This document shows, piece by piece, positions 20,301 through 28,988 of a stretch of DNA of 64,000 bases. Source of the stretch: a virus; IMG/VR virus record IMGVR_UViG_3300027734_000039; one strand, given 5' to 3'. A model generated the notes under the pieces. That model searched no databases. It worked only from the letters and a program-made list of their open reading frames with translations, and was not told the origin of the DNA. The translations under genes were made by a program, and so were the position numbers. Each line of letters opens with the position of its first letter. Position 1 is the stretch's first letter.

Positions 20301-20697
20301 GTGGTTTTATAATAATGTCGAATTTACTGACATTGGTGAGTATGTAGGATTTGTATATCTAATTACTAACCTCACCAATGATCGGAAATACATTGGCAAG
20401 AAAAATTTTTACTTTAGTAAGACAAGAACTATCAAAGGTAAGCGAAAGCGAACCAAAGTTGAGTCTGATTGGAAAACTTATTACGGCTCTAATAAAGAGC
20501 TTCAAGAAGATGTTGAAGCTTTAGGAGCAAACAATTTTAAGAGAGAAATCTTAAAATTATGTAAGAGTAAAGGTGAGTTTGGTTACTTCGAAGCCAAGTA
20601 TCAATTCGAAAATAATGTCCTAGAAACCGATGAATACTACAATTCATGGATATCTTGTAAAATTCACAAGAAGCACTTGACTTTTATAAAGGTTTAG
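20299..20697 (+). CDS. GIY-YIG (Seg-like) endonuclease-domain protein
   Basis: GFVYLITN..RKYIGKK..ESDWKTYYGS..FKREIL..YYN. Confidence 0.85.
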   Translation: MWFYNNVEFTDIGEYVGFVYLITNLTNDRKYIGKKNFYFSKTRTIKGKRKRTKVESDWKTYYGSNKELQEDVEALGANNFKREILKLCKSKGEFGYFEAKYQFENNVLETDEYYNSWISCKIHKKHLTFIKV

Positions 20698-20705
20698 GGT
20701 ATTAT
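20677..20705 (+). promoter_or_regulatory. sigma70-type promoter for tRNA-Leu
   Basis: TTGACT-17 bp-TATTAT. Confidence 0.7.
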
Positions 20706-20713
20706 AATAATAT

Positions 20714-20796
20714 GGGCACGTGGAGAAATTGGTAAACTCAGGAGACTTAAAATCTCCCGCTTCGGCTTGTCGGTTCGAGTCCGACCGTGCCCACCA
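20714..20796 (+). tRNA. tRNA-Leu(TAA)
   Basis: Cloverleaf, GGAGA-CTTAAAA-TCTCC, long V arm, CCA. Confidence 0.95.
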
Positions 20797-20814
20797 ATTT
20801 AACAGGAGTATAGT

Positions 20815-20901
20815 ATGGCACATCCTCATAAGAATCGCCCTCGTAAGGGACGTCGCAAGATTGGTTCGAAGAAGCGCAAGGCTCGTAACAAGCGTAAGTA
20901 A
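20815..20901 (+). CDS. 28-aa highly basic peptide
   Basis: AGGAG RBS; MAHPHKNRPRKGRRKIGSKKRKARNKRK. Confidence 0.7.
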   Translation: MAHPHKNRPRKGRRKIGSKKRKARNKRK

Positions 20902-20908
20902 TAAAATC

Positions 20909-20983
20909 GCGGGTGTGGTATAAGGGTTGTGCCCTAGCCTTCCAAGCTAGTGAAGACCAGTTCGAGTCTGGCCATCCGCTCCA
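20909..20983 (+). tRNA. tRNA-Gly(TCC)
   Basis: CTAGC-CTTCCAA-GCTAG, U73, CCA. Confidence 0.93.
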
Positions 20984-20998
20984 AAATCAAGGTGCATA

Positions 20999-21475
20999 AT
21001 GTCTAGGGAATTTAACATTGAAGAAGTTAGAGAATTTATTCGTAATTCTTCAGGATCGTCCAATATTTACATCGGAGCCGATAGCGAGCGGTATCGTGGT
21101 AGGGATGACCAGTGGTATGCTGACTACACAGTTGCTATCGTTATTCATCTTGATGGCTCACGTGGATGTAAAGTTTTCGGACAAGTAACTTCAGAACGTG
21201 ACTATGACAAACGTCATGATCGTCCTTCATATCGACTGATGAATGAAGTTTACAAAGCATCACAAATGTATATGGATTTGTTCGAAGCTATTGGCGACCG
21301 TCATTGTGAAGTTCACCTAGACATTAATCCAGACGAAATGCATGGTTCGTCTTGCGTAATTCAACAAGCTACTGGTTATATCCGTGGCATGTGTGGTTTT
21401 GCACCAAAGGTAAAGCCACAAGCATTCGCTGCTTCTTATGCAGCAGATCGTTTGAAAGAAATTTTGGCAGATTAA
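20999..21475 (+). CDS. RNase H-like YkuK family protein
   Basis: IYIGADSE..RLMNEVYK..EVHLDIN..AFAASYAAD. Confidence 0.85.
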   Translation: MSREFNIEEVREFIRNSSGSSNIYIGADSERYRGRDDQWYADYTVAIVIHLDGSRGCKVFGQVTSERDYDKRHDRPSYRLMNEVYKASQMYMDLFEAIGDRHCEVHLDINPDEMHGSSCVIQQATGYIRGMCGFAPKVKPQAFAASYAADRLKEILAD

Positions 21476-21487
21476 TAGGAGATATAA

Positions 21488-22186
21488 ATGTTTTATACAG
21501 ATACAAATACAGTAACAAGAGAACAGTATGATCTTGGTTTGCGCCAGTTTATGCTTGGTGTCTATAATAACATGACGCTTGCTTTGGCTATTAGTGGTCT
21601 CGTTTCAGTTGGCATTTATATGAGCCCAACACTCATGGCTGCTATTTGGGGAACGCCTCTCAAGTGGGTTGTTATTTTTCTTCCGCTTGCTATGTCTTTC
21701 GGCTTTGCTTTTCTTTTCGAAAAGATGAATGCTCGACAAGCTCAATTGGCATTGTATGTTTTTGCAGCAGCAATGGGTCTTAGTTTGAGTTCTATCTTTG
21801 CTATCTATAAACTCGGTAGCATCGGTCAAGTGTTCTTTATCTCGGCTGCTACATTCGGCGCTGCTTCGCTTTATGGATATACGACAAAAGCAGATCTTAC
21901 TAAACTCGGTTCATTCCTCATTATGGGTGCACTTGGTTTGGTCATCGCTGGTCTTATTAATATTTTCCTTCAGAGCTCGGTATTCGCTTTTGTAATCAGC
22001 TGTATTGCTGTTCTAATCTTCACTGGTTTGACTGCATATGATACTCAGCAATTGAAGTCAATCTATGACTTTACAGTTGAAGAAGAGCAAGAAAAGCTAG
22101 GCATCTATGGCGCACTTCAGCTCTACATGGACTTCATCAATATCTTCGTCAATCTTCTTCAGCTTATCGGCGAAAAGAAAGATTGA
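21488..22186 (+). CDS. Bax inhibitor-1/YccA family membrane protein
   Basis: About 7 TM segments; GLTAYDTQ..GALQLYMDFINIF. Confidence 0.92.
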   Translation: MFYTDTNTVTREQYDLGLRQFMLGVYNNMTLALAISGLVSVGIYMSPTLMAAIWGTPLKWVVIFLPLAMSFGFAFLFEKMNARQAQLALYVFAAAMGLSLSSIFAIYKLGSIGQVFFISAATFGAASLYGYTTKADLTKLGSFLIMGALGLVIAGLINIFLQSSVFAFVISCIAVLIFTGLTAYDTQQLKSIYDFTVEEEQEKLGIYGALQLYMDFINIFVNLLQLIGEKKD

Positions 22187-22193
22187 GGAGTAA

Positions 22194-22269
22194 GCCCGAG
22201 TAGCTCAATGGTTAGAGCCATTCGCTCATAACGGATTGGTTGCAGGTTCGAGTCCTGCCTCGGGCACCA
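22194..22269 (+). tRNA. tRNA CAT anticodon (probably Ile2, else Met)
   Basis: Cloverleaf, CTCATAA loop; body resembles alphaproteobacterial tRNA-Ile2; not an initiator (paired 1:72). Confidence 0.85.
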
Positions 22270-22277
22270 CTTTTATC

Positions 22278-22631
22278 ATGAAAAAAACACTCTTAATATT
22301 CCTTCTCCCTGCATTAACGGCGTGTCAATCTACAGCAGATTCGGCAAACCTAAATAACCTTACCACTTCGTCTTGGTATAGTAGTGGTCGTTTGACCGCA
22401 TCAGGTCAGCGTTTCGATCCAAACGGGCATACTGTCGCTCATAGAACCCTCCCGTTTGGAACTAAAATCAAACTGACCAATCCAGATAATGGTAGGTCTA
22501 TAGTTGCTACGGTAAACGACAGGGGACCATTTATACGTGGTGTCGGGTTAGACGTTTCTAGAGGCGTAGCTCAACACCTCAATTTTATTAAAAAAGGCAA
22601 AACCAAACTTAATATAGAGGTGTTGAATTAA
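22278..22631 (+). CDS. rlpA: RlpA-like (DPBB) lytic transglycosylase lipoprotein
   Basis: Lipobox LTAC; SWY..TASGQRFD..AHRTLPFGT..VNDRGPF..DVS. Confidence 0.88.
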   Translation: MKKTLLIFLLPALTACQSTADSANLNNLTTSSWYSSGRLTASGQRFDPNGHTVAHRTLPFGTKIKLTNPDNGRSIVATVNDRGPFIRGVGLDVSRGVAQHLNFIKKGKTKLNIEVLN

Positions 22632-22674
22632 ATTATATTACTCTTCGTAGCAAAAAAATAAAAAGGAAAGAGTA

Positions 22675-23280
22675 ATGAAAAAACTTATATTTTTACTAGT
22701 AGCAATGCTAGTTGGTTTTGGTAGTATAACTACTGCCGAAGCTAGACCAAAAGATAAGCAATATCATTATAGTAAAGTGCAAAAAAAGAGTAAACCTGTG
22801 AAAGTTGTCCAAAAACAAAATAACGTTATTAGACAACCAGTATATGATGAAGATACAGTAGCTGGTTATTGGAATGCGGAATATAATAGAAAAAAACCGC
22901 CATTAGAAGGACCAGTTGAAAAGGCAGCGAGAAAGTTCGTGGCTTCTAGCCAGGATTTAACAGAAAAAGCTTCTCGCCATATGGGTGCATCTGCAAACCA
23001 ACTTGGATTACCAAGAAGTTTATGGTGCGCTGATTTTATGAATATGCTCGTCGGAGGTACTGACCGTAGAGCTATTTCTTATGCTAAACGTGGAACTAAA
23101 GCTTATCATGGTTGTGTTAACTGTATTGCAGTCACAACTCGTGAAGGTGGTGCTCACGTAGGTGTAGTATCTGGCTACGACGAAAAAGGCAACCCTATTA
23201 TTGTTTCTGGTAATCATAACAGAAAAGTTGGGGTAGCCACTTATGATAAGCGTAGAGTTATAGCTTATCGTTATATCTAA
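22675..23280 (+). CDS. secreted CHAP/NlpC-P60-like cell wall hydrolase
   Basis: Signal peptide; WCADFMN..HVGVV..SGNH. Confidence 0.75.
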   Translation: MKKLIFLLVAMLVGFGSITTAEARPKDKQYHYSKVQKKSKPVKVVQKQNNVIRQPVYDEDTVAGYWNAEYNRKKPPLEGPVEKAARKFVASSQDLTEKASRHMGASANQLGLPRSLWCADFMNMLVGGTDRRAISYAKRGTKAYHGCVNCIAVTTREGGAHVGVVSGYDEKGNPIIVSGNHNRKVGVATYDKRRVIAYRYI

Positions 23281-23284
23281 AAAA

Positions 23285-23314
23285 AAATGGGGAGGATTAA
23301 TTTTCTCCCCATTT
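23285..23314 (+). terminator. intrinsic terminator-like hairpin
   Basis: AAATGGGGAG/CTCCCCATTT inverted repeat right after the stop codon. Confidence 0.6.
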
Positions 23315-23329
23315 ACCTTGGAGATGAAA

Positions 23330-23488
23330 ATGAATGAAACTATTATCAAAACTTCCGACCTTAATTGGTGTGTAGATATCCTCAAACGTATCGATGAAAT
23401 CCTTAGAAAGCCAAACGTAAGCGAGGCTGATCTTGCGCAGGTTCATTGGTTAGTCAAACAGGGTTTGAAAGTGGAGCGTGAAGAATGA
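23330..23488 (+). CDS. small hypothetical protein
   Basis: GGAG RBS; MNETIIKTSDLNWCVDILKRI..; ATGA overlap with clpP. Confidence 0.55.
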   Translation: MNETIIKTSDLNWCVDILKRIDEILRKPNVSEADLAQVHWLVKQGLKVEREE

Positions 23489-24048
23489 GCGATAAAGAAG
23501 ATAAGATTTCAAATGTTCCGTCTTTGTGCGATCATCACATGATGATGTTTTTCAAAGACTTCGATTCTAGTGCAGCTTCTGATGGTATTGAATTCATCAT
23601 AGCTAGAAATCTTATGAAAAAAGATAAACCTAAAATGATTAAGATGTTGATCAACTCTCCAGGAGGGGAAGTTGCTTCGGCATTTGCTCTTATTGATACT
23701 ATGAAGGGGTCAAGGATTCCTATATATACTTACGGTCTTGGTGAAATCGCTAGCTGTGGTCTTATGACTTTTATTGCTGGTGAAAAAGGACATCGTTACA
23801 TTACTCGTAACACTGCTATCCTTTCACACCAATATAGCTGGGGCTCTTGGGGTAAAGAACACGAACTAATGGCTCGTGTTAAAGAATTTAATAATACACA
23901 AACGAGAATCGTAGAGCATTATAAGAAGTGCACTGGTCTTAATGAAAAAGACATTAAGAAGTATTTGCTTCCACCTGAAGACGTTTGGCTTACTGCCAAG
24001 GAAGCTGTGAAGTATGGTATTGCTGATGAAATCGTTGACTTTTACTAA
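23485..24048 (+). CDS. clpP: ClpP-like protease subunit
   Basis: INSPGG; GEIASCG; LSHQ; WLTAKEAVKYGIADEI. Confidence 0.9.
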   Translation: MSDKEDKISNVPSLCDHHMMMFFKDFDSSAASDGIEFIIARNLMKKDKPKMIKMLINSPGGEVASAFALIDTMKGSRIPIYTYGLGEIASCGLMTFIAGEKGHRYITRNTAILSHQYSWGSWGKEHELMARVKEFNNTQTRIVEHYKKCTGLNEKDIKKYLLPPEDVWLTAKEAVKYGIADEIVDFY

Positions 24049-24057
24049 GGTGAAGTG

Positions 24058-24294
24058 ATGTTTGAAAAAACTTGGGAATGGCTTGCTACTTTTGTTCTTA
24101 TCGTTGGCGTTTATCTAACTGCTGTTAATAATTACCCGATGAACATTTACTTTAGTTTAGCGGGTAACTTTATGTGGATGTTTCTTGGTATTATGTGGAG
24201 AAAACCTTCTCTCATTACAATTCAATTAGTCGTTACCGTAATTTATTTTTACGGAATTGGCTTGCCTTTTCTCAAAGAATATGGTATACTATAA
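24058..24294 (+). CDS. small 3-TM membrane protein
   Basis: WLATFVLIVG..YPMNIY..W.KPSLI. Confidence 0.65.
   Translation: MFEKTWEWLATFVLIVGVYLTAVNNYPMNIYFSLAGNFMWMFLGIMWRKPSLITIQLVVTVIYFYGIGLPFLKEYGIL
24262..24290 (+). promoter_or_regulatory. sigma70-type promoter
   Basis: TTGCCT-17 bp-TATACT with extended TG. Confidence 0.6.
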
Positions 24295-24305
24295 TGGAGT
24301 TAAAT

Positions 24306-24413
24306 ATGAAGAGCGATTTAGAACAACTTGTCGAGTATGATATGTATTGCCGTGGTTTCGACGCAAACCTTAAAGAAGATATCGAAGCTTACTGGAGGCT
24401 AGTATTAAAATGA
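24306..24413 (+). CDS. small hypothetical protein (35 aa)
   Basis: GGAG RBS; MKSDLEQLVEYDMYCRGF..; ATGA overlap with the next gene. Confidence 0.55.
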   Translation: MKSDLEQLVEYDMYCRGFDANLKEDIEAYWRLVLK

Positions 24414-24685
24414 AAGTAACAATTTATAGCAAAGACAGCTGCGTTCATTGTAACAATGCAAAGATGCTTCTCGCATCAAGAAACATTCCTTATCAAGAAT
24501 TGAAATTGAATGAAGACTTTACAAGAGAAAACCTTTTAGAGCTTTTTCCTAATTCCCGTTCCTTTCCAATCATTGTTGTTGATGGTTTTAATATTGGCGG
24601 GTATACTGAATTATCTAAAATGATTCTTGAAGAAACTAGTGACAATAGAAAGCTACTTACTGAAGGAGAGTGGAATGGTCGTTAA
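24410..24685 (+). CDS. glutaredoxin
   Basis: IYSKDSCVHC; SFP..IGGYTEL. Confidence 0.92.
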   Translation: MKVTIYSKDSCVHCNNAKMLLASRNIPYQELKLNEDFTRENLLELFPNSRSFPIIVVDGFNIGGYTELSKMILEETSDNRKLLTEGEWNGR

Positions 24686-24956
24686 TCGTGATGATATTTT
24701 GAAGGAACTTCGTAAATACGTTATGGAAGTAACCTTCAATAAAGTTGATGGTAATGAGCGTATTATGCGTTGCACTCTTAGAGCAGATTTGCTTCCGCCA
24801 AGCTACAGAGAACAACTCAGCGAGCAGAAGCAGGAAGAAGATTTTCATCAAACTAATCCTGAAGTGATTGCTGCTTGGGATGTTCAAAAGGGTGGCTGGC
24901 GCTCTTTCCGTATTGATTCCGTGACATATGTACAGAGCGTAGACGAGAACTATTGA
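24675..24956 (+). CDS. SH3/WYL-like beta-barrel phage protein
   Basis: VTFNKVDGNERIMRCTL..WDVQKGGWRSFRIDSV. Confidence 0.75.
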   Translation: MVVNRDDILKELRKYVMEVTFNKVDGNERIMRCTLRADLLPPSYREQLSEQKQEEDFHQTNPEVIAAWDVQKGGWRSFRIDSVTYVQSVDENY

Positions 24957-25237
24957 TGGCTAAATTAGTTATGGTGGAGACGTTGTCTCAGTTTCGTCAT
25001 CGTTATGTAGTCGAAGTTTCTGATGAGGCTTTTAATTTTGAAGCTTCAAATCATGTACTATATAATGATGACGCAAAAGAAATGAGTCAGTATCATCTAG
25101 GTGAAATAGTACTTTCAACTAGAGAAATTACAAAAGAAGAATATATAAAATTATTCAATCAAGATAATGATTATCTTGTTGGGTGGTTAGAAGAATCTAA
25201 ACTTAAAATGATCAACAAAACACAGGAGACTGAATGA
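24956..25237 (+). CDS. conserved phage hypothetical protein
   Basis: VETLSQFRHRYVVEV..EMSQYHLGE. Confidence 0.65.
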   Translation: MAKLVMVETLSQFRHRYVVEVSDEAFNFEASNHVLYNDDAKEMSQYHLGEIVLSTREITKEEYIKLFNQDNDYLVGWLEESKLKMINKTQETE

Positions 25238-25238
25238 C

Positions 25239-25604
25239 ATGGCATATTGGGGTTATCATCTAATTCTTGACTGCGCTGATTGTGATGTAAATGCGATCAA
25301 CGATCATGATACTATCTATAATTTCACAAAGCAGCTCGTCAAGGATATTGACATGGTTGCATACGGCGAGCCACAGATCGTTAGCTTCGGCAGCGGAAAC
25401 AAGGCTGGCTACTCTCTCGTGCAGCTAATTGAAACTTCAAACATCTGTGGCCATTTCGTTCCTGATGACCTTGCTGGTGGAAACGCTGTTTACCTCGACG
25501 TATTCTCTTGTAAGCCATACGATAATCAAATCGTTATTGATCTCGTTGCTAAGTACTTCGGTGCAAAAAGCATCCGTCCTAACTTCCTAACACGTCAGGC
25601 TTGA
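25239..25604 (+). CDS. speD: S-adenosylmethionine decarboxylase proenzyme
   Basis: WGYHLILDC; QLIETSNICGHF; YLDVFSCK. Confidence 0.85.
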   Translation: MAYWGYHLILDCADCDVNAINDHDTIYNFTKQLVKDIDMVAYGEPQIVSFGSGNKAGYSLVQLIETSNICGHFVPDDLAGGNAVYLDVFSCKPYDNQIVIDLVAKYFGAKSIRPNFLTRQA

Positions 25605-25617
25605 TTGGAAATTTGTT

Positions 25618-26229
25618 ATGATTTTTGATGATGATGCGTGGGAAACGAGTTATCGTGAAAAGCTTTCGAAAAAAAGGATTGGGTCTGTTGTTCCAGCAGT
25701 TACTTTCAAAACACGTGTTCGTGATGAAAGTGTTGGAGGATCCAATCCTTATCGTTGGCAGGATGTAAACAGCTACGATTATTTCGGAGGCAAACGTGTA
25801 ATTTTATTTTCGCTTCCTGGCGCCTTTACACCTACATGCGATACCTACCAGCTTCCTGGCTTTGAAAATAGCTATGAAGCATTTAAGGATATTGGTATTG
25901 ACGAGATCTATTGTATGTCAGTAAACGATTCGTTTGTTATGAATTGTTGGGCAACACAACAGAAAATTAAAAAAGTCAAAGTTATTCCCGATGGTAGCGG
26001 CGAGTTCACTAGCAAGATAAATATGCTTGTTAAAAAGGATAACCTTGGATTCGGCGAACGTTCATGGCGTTATGCTATGATTGTTAATAACGGTGTCGTA
26101 GAAGCTTGGTTTGAAGAACCTGGGTATACTCACGATGCTGAAACAGATCCATATGGCGAAACATCACCAGAAAATATTCTTTCATATCTTCGTGTGAAAG
26201 CTGTTGAAAAAGAACGTGGTAAATTTTAA
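25618..26229 (+). CDS. peroxiredoxin (Prx5-like)
   Basis: FSLPGAFTPTC; SVNDSFVM; GFGERSWRYAM. Confidence 0.93.
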   Translation: MIFDDDAWETSYREKLSKKRIGSVVPAVTFKTRVRDESVGGSNPYRWQDVNSYDYFGGKRVILFSLPGAFTPTCDTYQLPGFENSYEAFKDIGIDEIYCMSVNDSFVMNCWATQQKIKKVKVIPDGSGEFTSKINMLVKKDNLGFGERSWRYAMIVNNGVVEAWFEEPGYTHDAETDPYGETSPENILSYLRVKAVEKERGKF

Positions 26230-26245
26230 CTAAAGGAAATATAAT

Positions 26246-27073
26246 ATGAATTGGATTTGGTCTGACTTTGATCCTAACTCTGAAAACTCGCAAAAGTTGA
26301 TTAAAGCAAAACAAGAAAACGGTCCTGACTTTTGGAAAGAAATGCGGGAAGTTCTTGATTATGATTTGAAAACTTTGCCGATGGCAAGATTCAGATTTTG
26401 GGCATATATGCATATTATCCCTCTCGTAACTACATCTCGTTCAGCAAGGTTCATTGGCGCTGCTTTTACTGCAGCTTACAAGGATCCTATTGTTCATGAT
26501 GCTCTTATTGAAAATTGGGTTGGCGCTCCTTCTGGTACAGAAGCGCCGTTTAGAGTAGTTGATGACTTTAGCACATCAGCACAGCGTTGTCAGGACGTTG
26601 CTCACCTTACACTCAATGATTTTTGGCCAACCGATCTAAAGAAGTACAAGAGAATTCTTGAAATCGGTGGTGGTTATGGTAATATGTGTTCTGTAGTTCA
26701 TGACATGGGATTTGAAGGGGAGTATACACTTTTCGACTTTCCTGAAGTTCATAAGGTTCAAGAATACTATTTGACTAAAAATGGTTTGAATAACATTAAG
26801 TATGTTTCAGATTGGCAAGATTTGGAAACATATGATTTGGTTATCGCGACTTGGTCGTTGTCTGAAATTCCTTTGGAGTTGAGAGAAAACGTAATGTCAA
26901 AGATCAACGATTCTAAGGATTGGTTGGTCACTTATCAGGAAAACGCATTCAGCGGAACTCTTGATAATAGCAAATGGTTCCGTGATAAGTTCGAGGGTCG
27001 TAATCCTGAGTTCACGTTCATTCGCGATGTTCCTTATGATGGTAAAAATTTCTATATGAAAATTAAATCATGA
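26246..27073 (+). CDS. putative sugar O-methyltransferase
   Basis: ILEIGGGYG; FDFPEV..QEYYL; ATWSLSE. Confidence 0.75.
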   Translation: MNWIWSDFDPNSENSQKLIKAKQENGPDFWKEMREVLDYDLKTLPMARFRFWAYMHIIPLVTTSRSARFIGAAFTAAYKDPIVHDALIENWVGAPSGTEAPFRVVDDFSTSAQRCQDVAHLTLNDFWPTDLKKYKRILEIGGGYGNMCSVVHDMGFEGEYTLFDFPEVHKVQEYYLTKNGLNNIKYVSDWQDLETYDLVIATWSLSEIPLELRENVMSKINDSKDWLVTYQENAFSGTLDNSKWFRDKFEGRNPEFTFIRDVPYDGKNFYMKIKS

Positions 27074-27489
27074 TAGTAGGGTTTACCTGCGGAACGTTTG
27101 ACTTGTTACATCCAGGTCATGTTTCGATGCTTAGAGAATGTAGTTCTCGATGCGACGTTTTGGTAGTGGGGTTACATACAGACCCCACTATCGAACGCCC
27201 AAATAAAAACAAACCAATACAATCGACCTTCGAAAGATACCTTCAACTCGAAGCAGTAAAATGGGTTGATAAAATTATCCCTTACGATACAGAAAGGGAT
27301 TTAGAAAATCTTTTCGCAACTTTGAATATAAATAAAAGGTTCGTTGGTTCGGATCATTTAAACGACGCAACGTGTTTAGATATTTGTAACGATCGAAATA
27401 TAGAAATTGTATATACTAATAGAGACCATGACTGGAGCTCTACTGAATTGAGAGATAAAATTGGAAAAGCGAAAAGCAGTATTCTTTGA
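27070..27489 (+). CDS. HIGH-class cytidylyl/adenylyltransferase (TagD/RfaE-II-like)
   Basis: GTFDLLHPGH; LVVGLHTD; SSTELR. Confidence 0.88.
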   Translation: MIVGFTCGTFDLLHPGHVSMLRECSSRCDVLVVGLHTDPTIERPNKNKPIQSTFERYLQLEAVKWVDKIIPYDTERDLENLFATLNINKRFVGSDHLNDATCLDICNDRNIEIVYTNRDHDWSSTELRDKIGKAKSSIL

Positions 27490-28009
27490 TCGCGACGGCG
27501 TAATTAACGAGCTCGTTGAAAGAGCAGATGGTAATTACACTTCTCCTTGGACCGTTGACGAGTTCAGATTCCTCCCTTACGTTAAAGAAGCAGTCAAGAC
27601 CGTAAAGGATCTTGGGTTTATGACTTTTGTAGTCACAAACCAACCTGGAGTTCATGACGGTGATATGGACCGTTCTCAGTTAGATCTTATGAATAAGATG
27701 ATTAAAAACTGGCTCGGTGTTGATGATATCCTTTACGCTCTTGATAAAACCTCTGATTATTACAAGCCAGGAAATGGTATGATCGAGGCATTAATTGAAA
27801 AGTATAATATCGATAGAGACGGAAGCTATATCATAGGCGATCGTTGGAAAGATATAGTTCCTGGATATAGAAGTAAACTGACTACAATGTTCCTTGGTGA
27901 CTTGTATGTTTACCCACACGACTTAAAAGAAATTCAACCTGATTATATGTGCATTGACGTTTTGGATGCATGCTGCACAATTATGGAGTTAGAAAATGAA
28001 GGGTTTTGA
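27461..28009 (+). CDS. gmhB: D,D-heptose 1,7-bisphosphate phosphatase (HAD-IIIA)
   Basis: AVFFDRDGVIN; VVTNQP; KPGNGM; IGDRWKD. Confidence 0.85.
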   Translation: MEKRKAVFFDRDGVINELVERADGNYTSPWTVDEFRFLPYVKEAVKTVKDLGFMTFVVTNQPGVHDGDMDRSQLDLMNKMIKNWLGVDDILYALDKTSDYYKPGNGMIEALIEKYNIDRDGSYIIGDRWKDIVPGYRSKLTTMFLGDLYVYPHDLKEIQPDYMCIDVLDACCTIMELENEGF

Positions 28010-28988
28010 AGAGAACGAGATTTCTAAGAACGCACATGGCGGAACGGAAATAACAAAGCGTAAACTTGCTAGTCTCGTTCCAGAAAAGTTGGCTAATGAG
28101 TTTCAAATTATTCCTTCTCGTTTTAGAGACCTTAACGAAGAAAAAATTCGCGTTTACTGGATGCACGACCTTGCTGAAGATCCAGAACTCAGTCATTTGA
28201 AATCTAAGGAAAGTAGAAACCGCTTTCATAAGTTCGTTTTCAACTGTAACTGGCAGCTAAACGATTTTAATACAAAGCTTGGGTTTCCTCTAGACGATAA
28301 AGTTCAAATTATCGAAACTCCAGTTGATCCTATTCCTCTTCTTGCAAAGGAAAAGGAAAAGGTAAATTTGATTTACTTTTCGACACCTCAGCGTGGTCTT
28401 GAGTTGCTCGTTCCTATTTTTGAAGAGATTGCAAAGAACAGACCGAATGTTCATTTGAATGTTTTTTCTAGCTTTAAGATCTATGGTTGGGAAGATTCCG
28501 ATAAGGCTTACAGTGGCATTTATGATCGTATTCGTAATCACCCACAGATGACATATCATGGCTTTGCCGATCAAGCTACTCTTCGCGAGCATGTACAAAA
28601 GTCTCATATCCTAGCCTATCCTTGTATTTGGAAAGAAACTGCATGTAGAGTTCTTATTGAATCTATGTCAGCAGGTTTGCTTTGCGTTCATCCTAACCTA
28701 GCAGCTTTGTCTGATACAGCAGGACAGCTAACTTCGATGTATCAGTTTAATGAAAATATTAACAGCCATGCCGAAACTTTTTATAAGCATTTGAGTCATG
28801 CTATTGATATTGTAAACGAAGATCAGGTTCAAAACTATTTGAAGTTTGTTAAAGCTTATGCAGATAGAAGATTCGATTCTAACATGATCGCTCATCAGTG
28901 GCAAAATATGATGATCGATCTTAAGGAAGCTTATCCTACAATCGAGTCGCGTAAAGCTCCTGCTAGAACTTTTACATATAAAACATGA
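27996..28988 (+). CDS. GT-B (family 4-like) glycosyltransferase
   Basis: GGTE; STPQRGL; YPCIWKETAC..ESMSAG. Confidence 0.85.
   Translation: MKGFEENEISKNAHGGTEITKRKLASLVPEKLANEFQIIPSRFRDLNEEKIRVYWMHDLAEDPELSHLKSKESRNRFHKFVFNCNWQLNDFNTKLGFPLDDKVQIIETPVDPIPLLAKEKEKVNLIYFSTPQRGLELLVPIFEEIAKNRPNVHLNVFSSFKIYGWEDSDKAYSGIYDRIRNHPQMTYHGFADQATLREHVQKSHILAYPCIWKETACRVLIESMSAGLLCVHPNLAALSDTAGQLTSMYQFNENINSHAETFYKHLSHAIDIVNEDQVQNYLKFVKAYADRRFDSNMIAHQWQNMMIDLKEAYPTIESRKAPARTFTYKT

Noticed and set aside
20720-20923. 67-aa ORF on the + strand
   Set aside because: Starts inside tRNA-Leu; the RBS-supported ORF is 20815-20901
22236-22277. Upstream start for the RlpA ORF
   Set aside because: Lies inside the tRNA; ATG 22278 gives a proper lipoprotein signal
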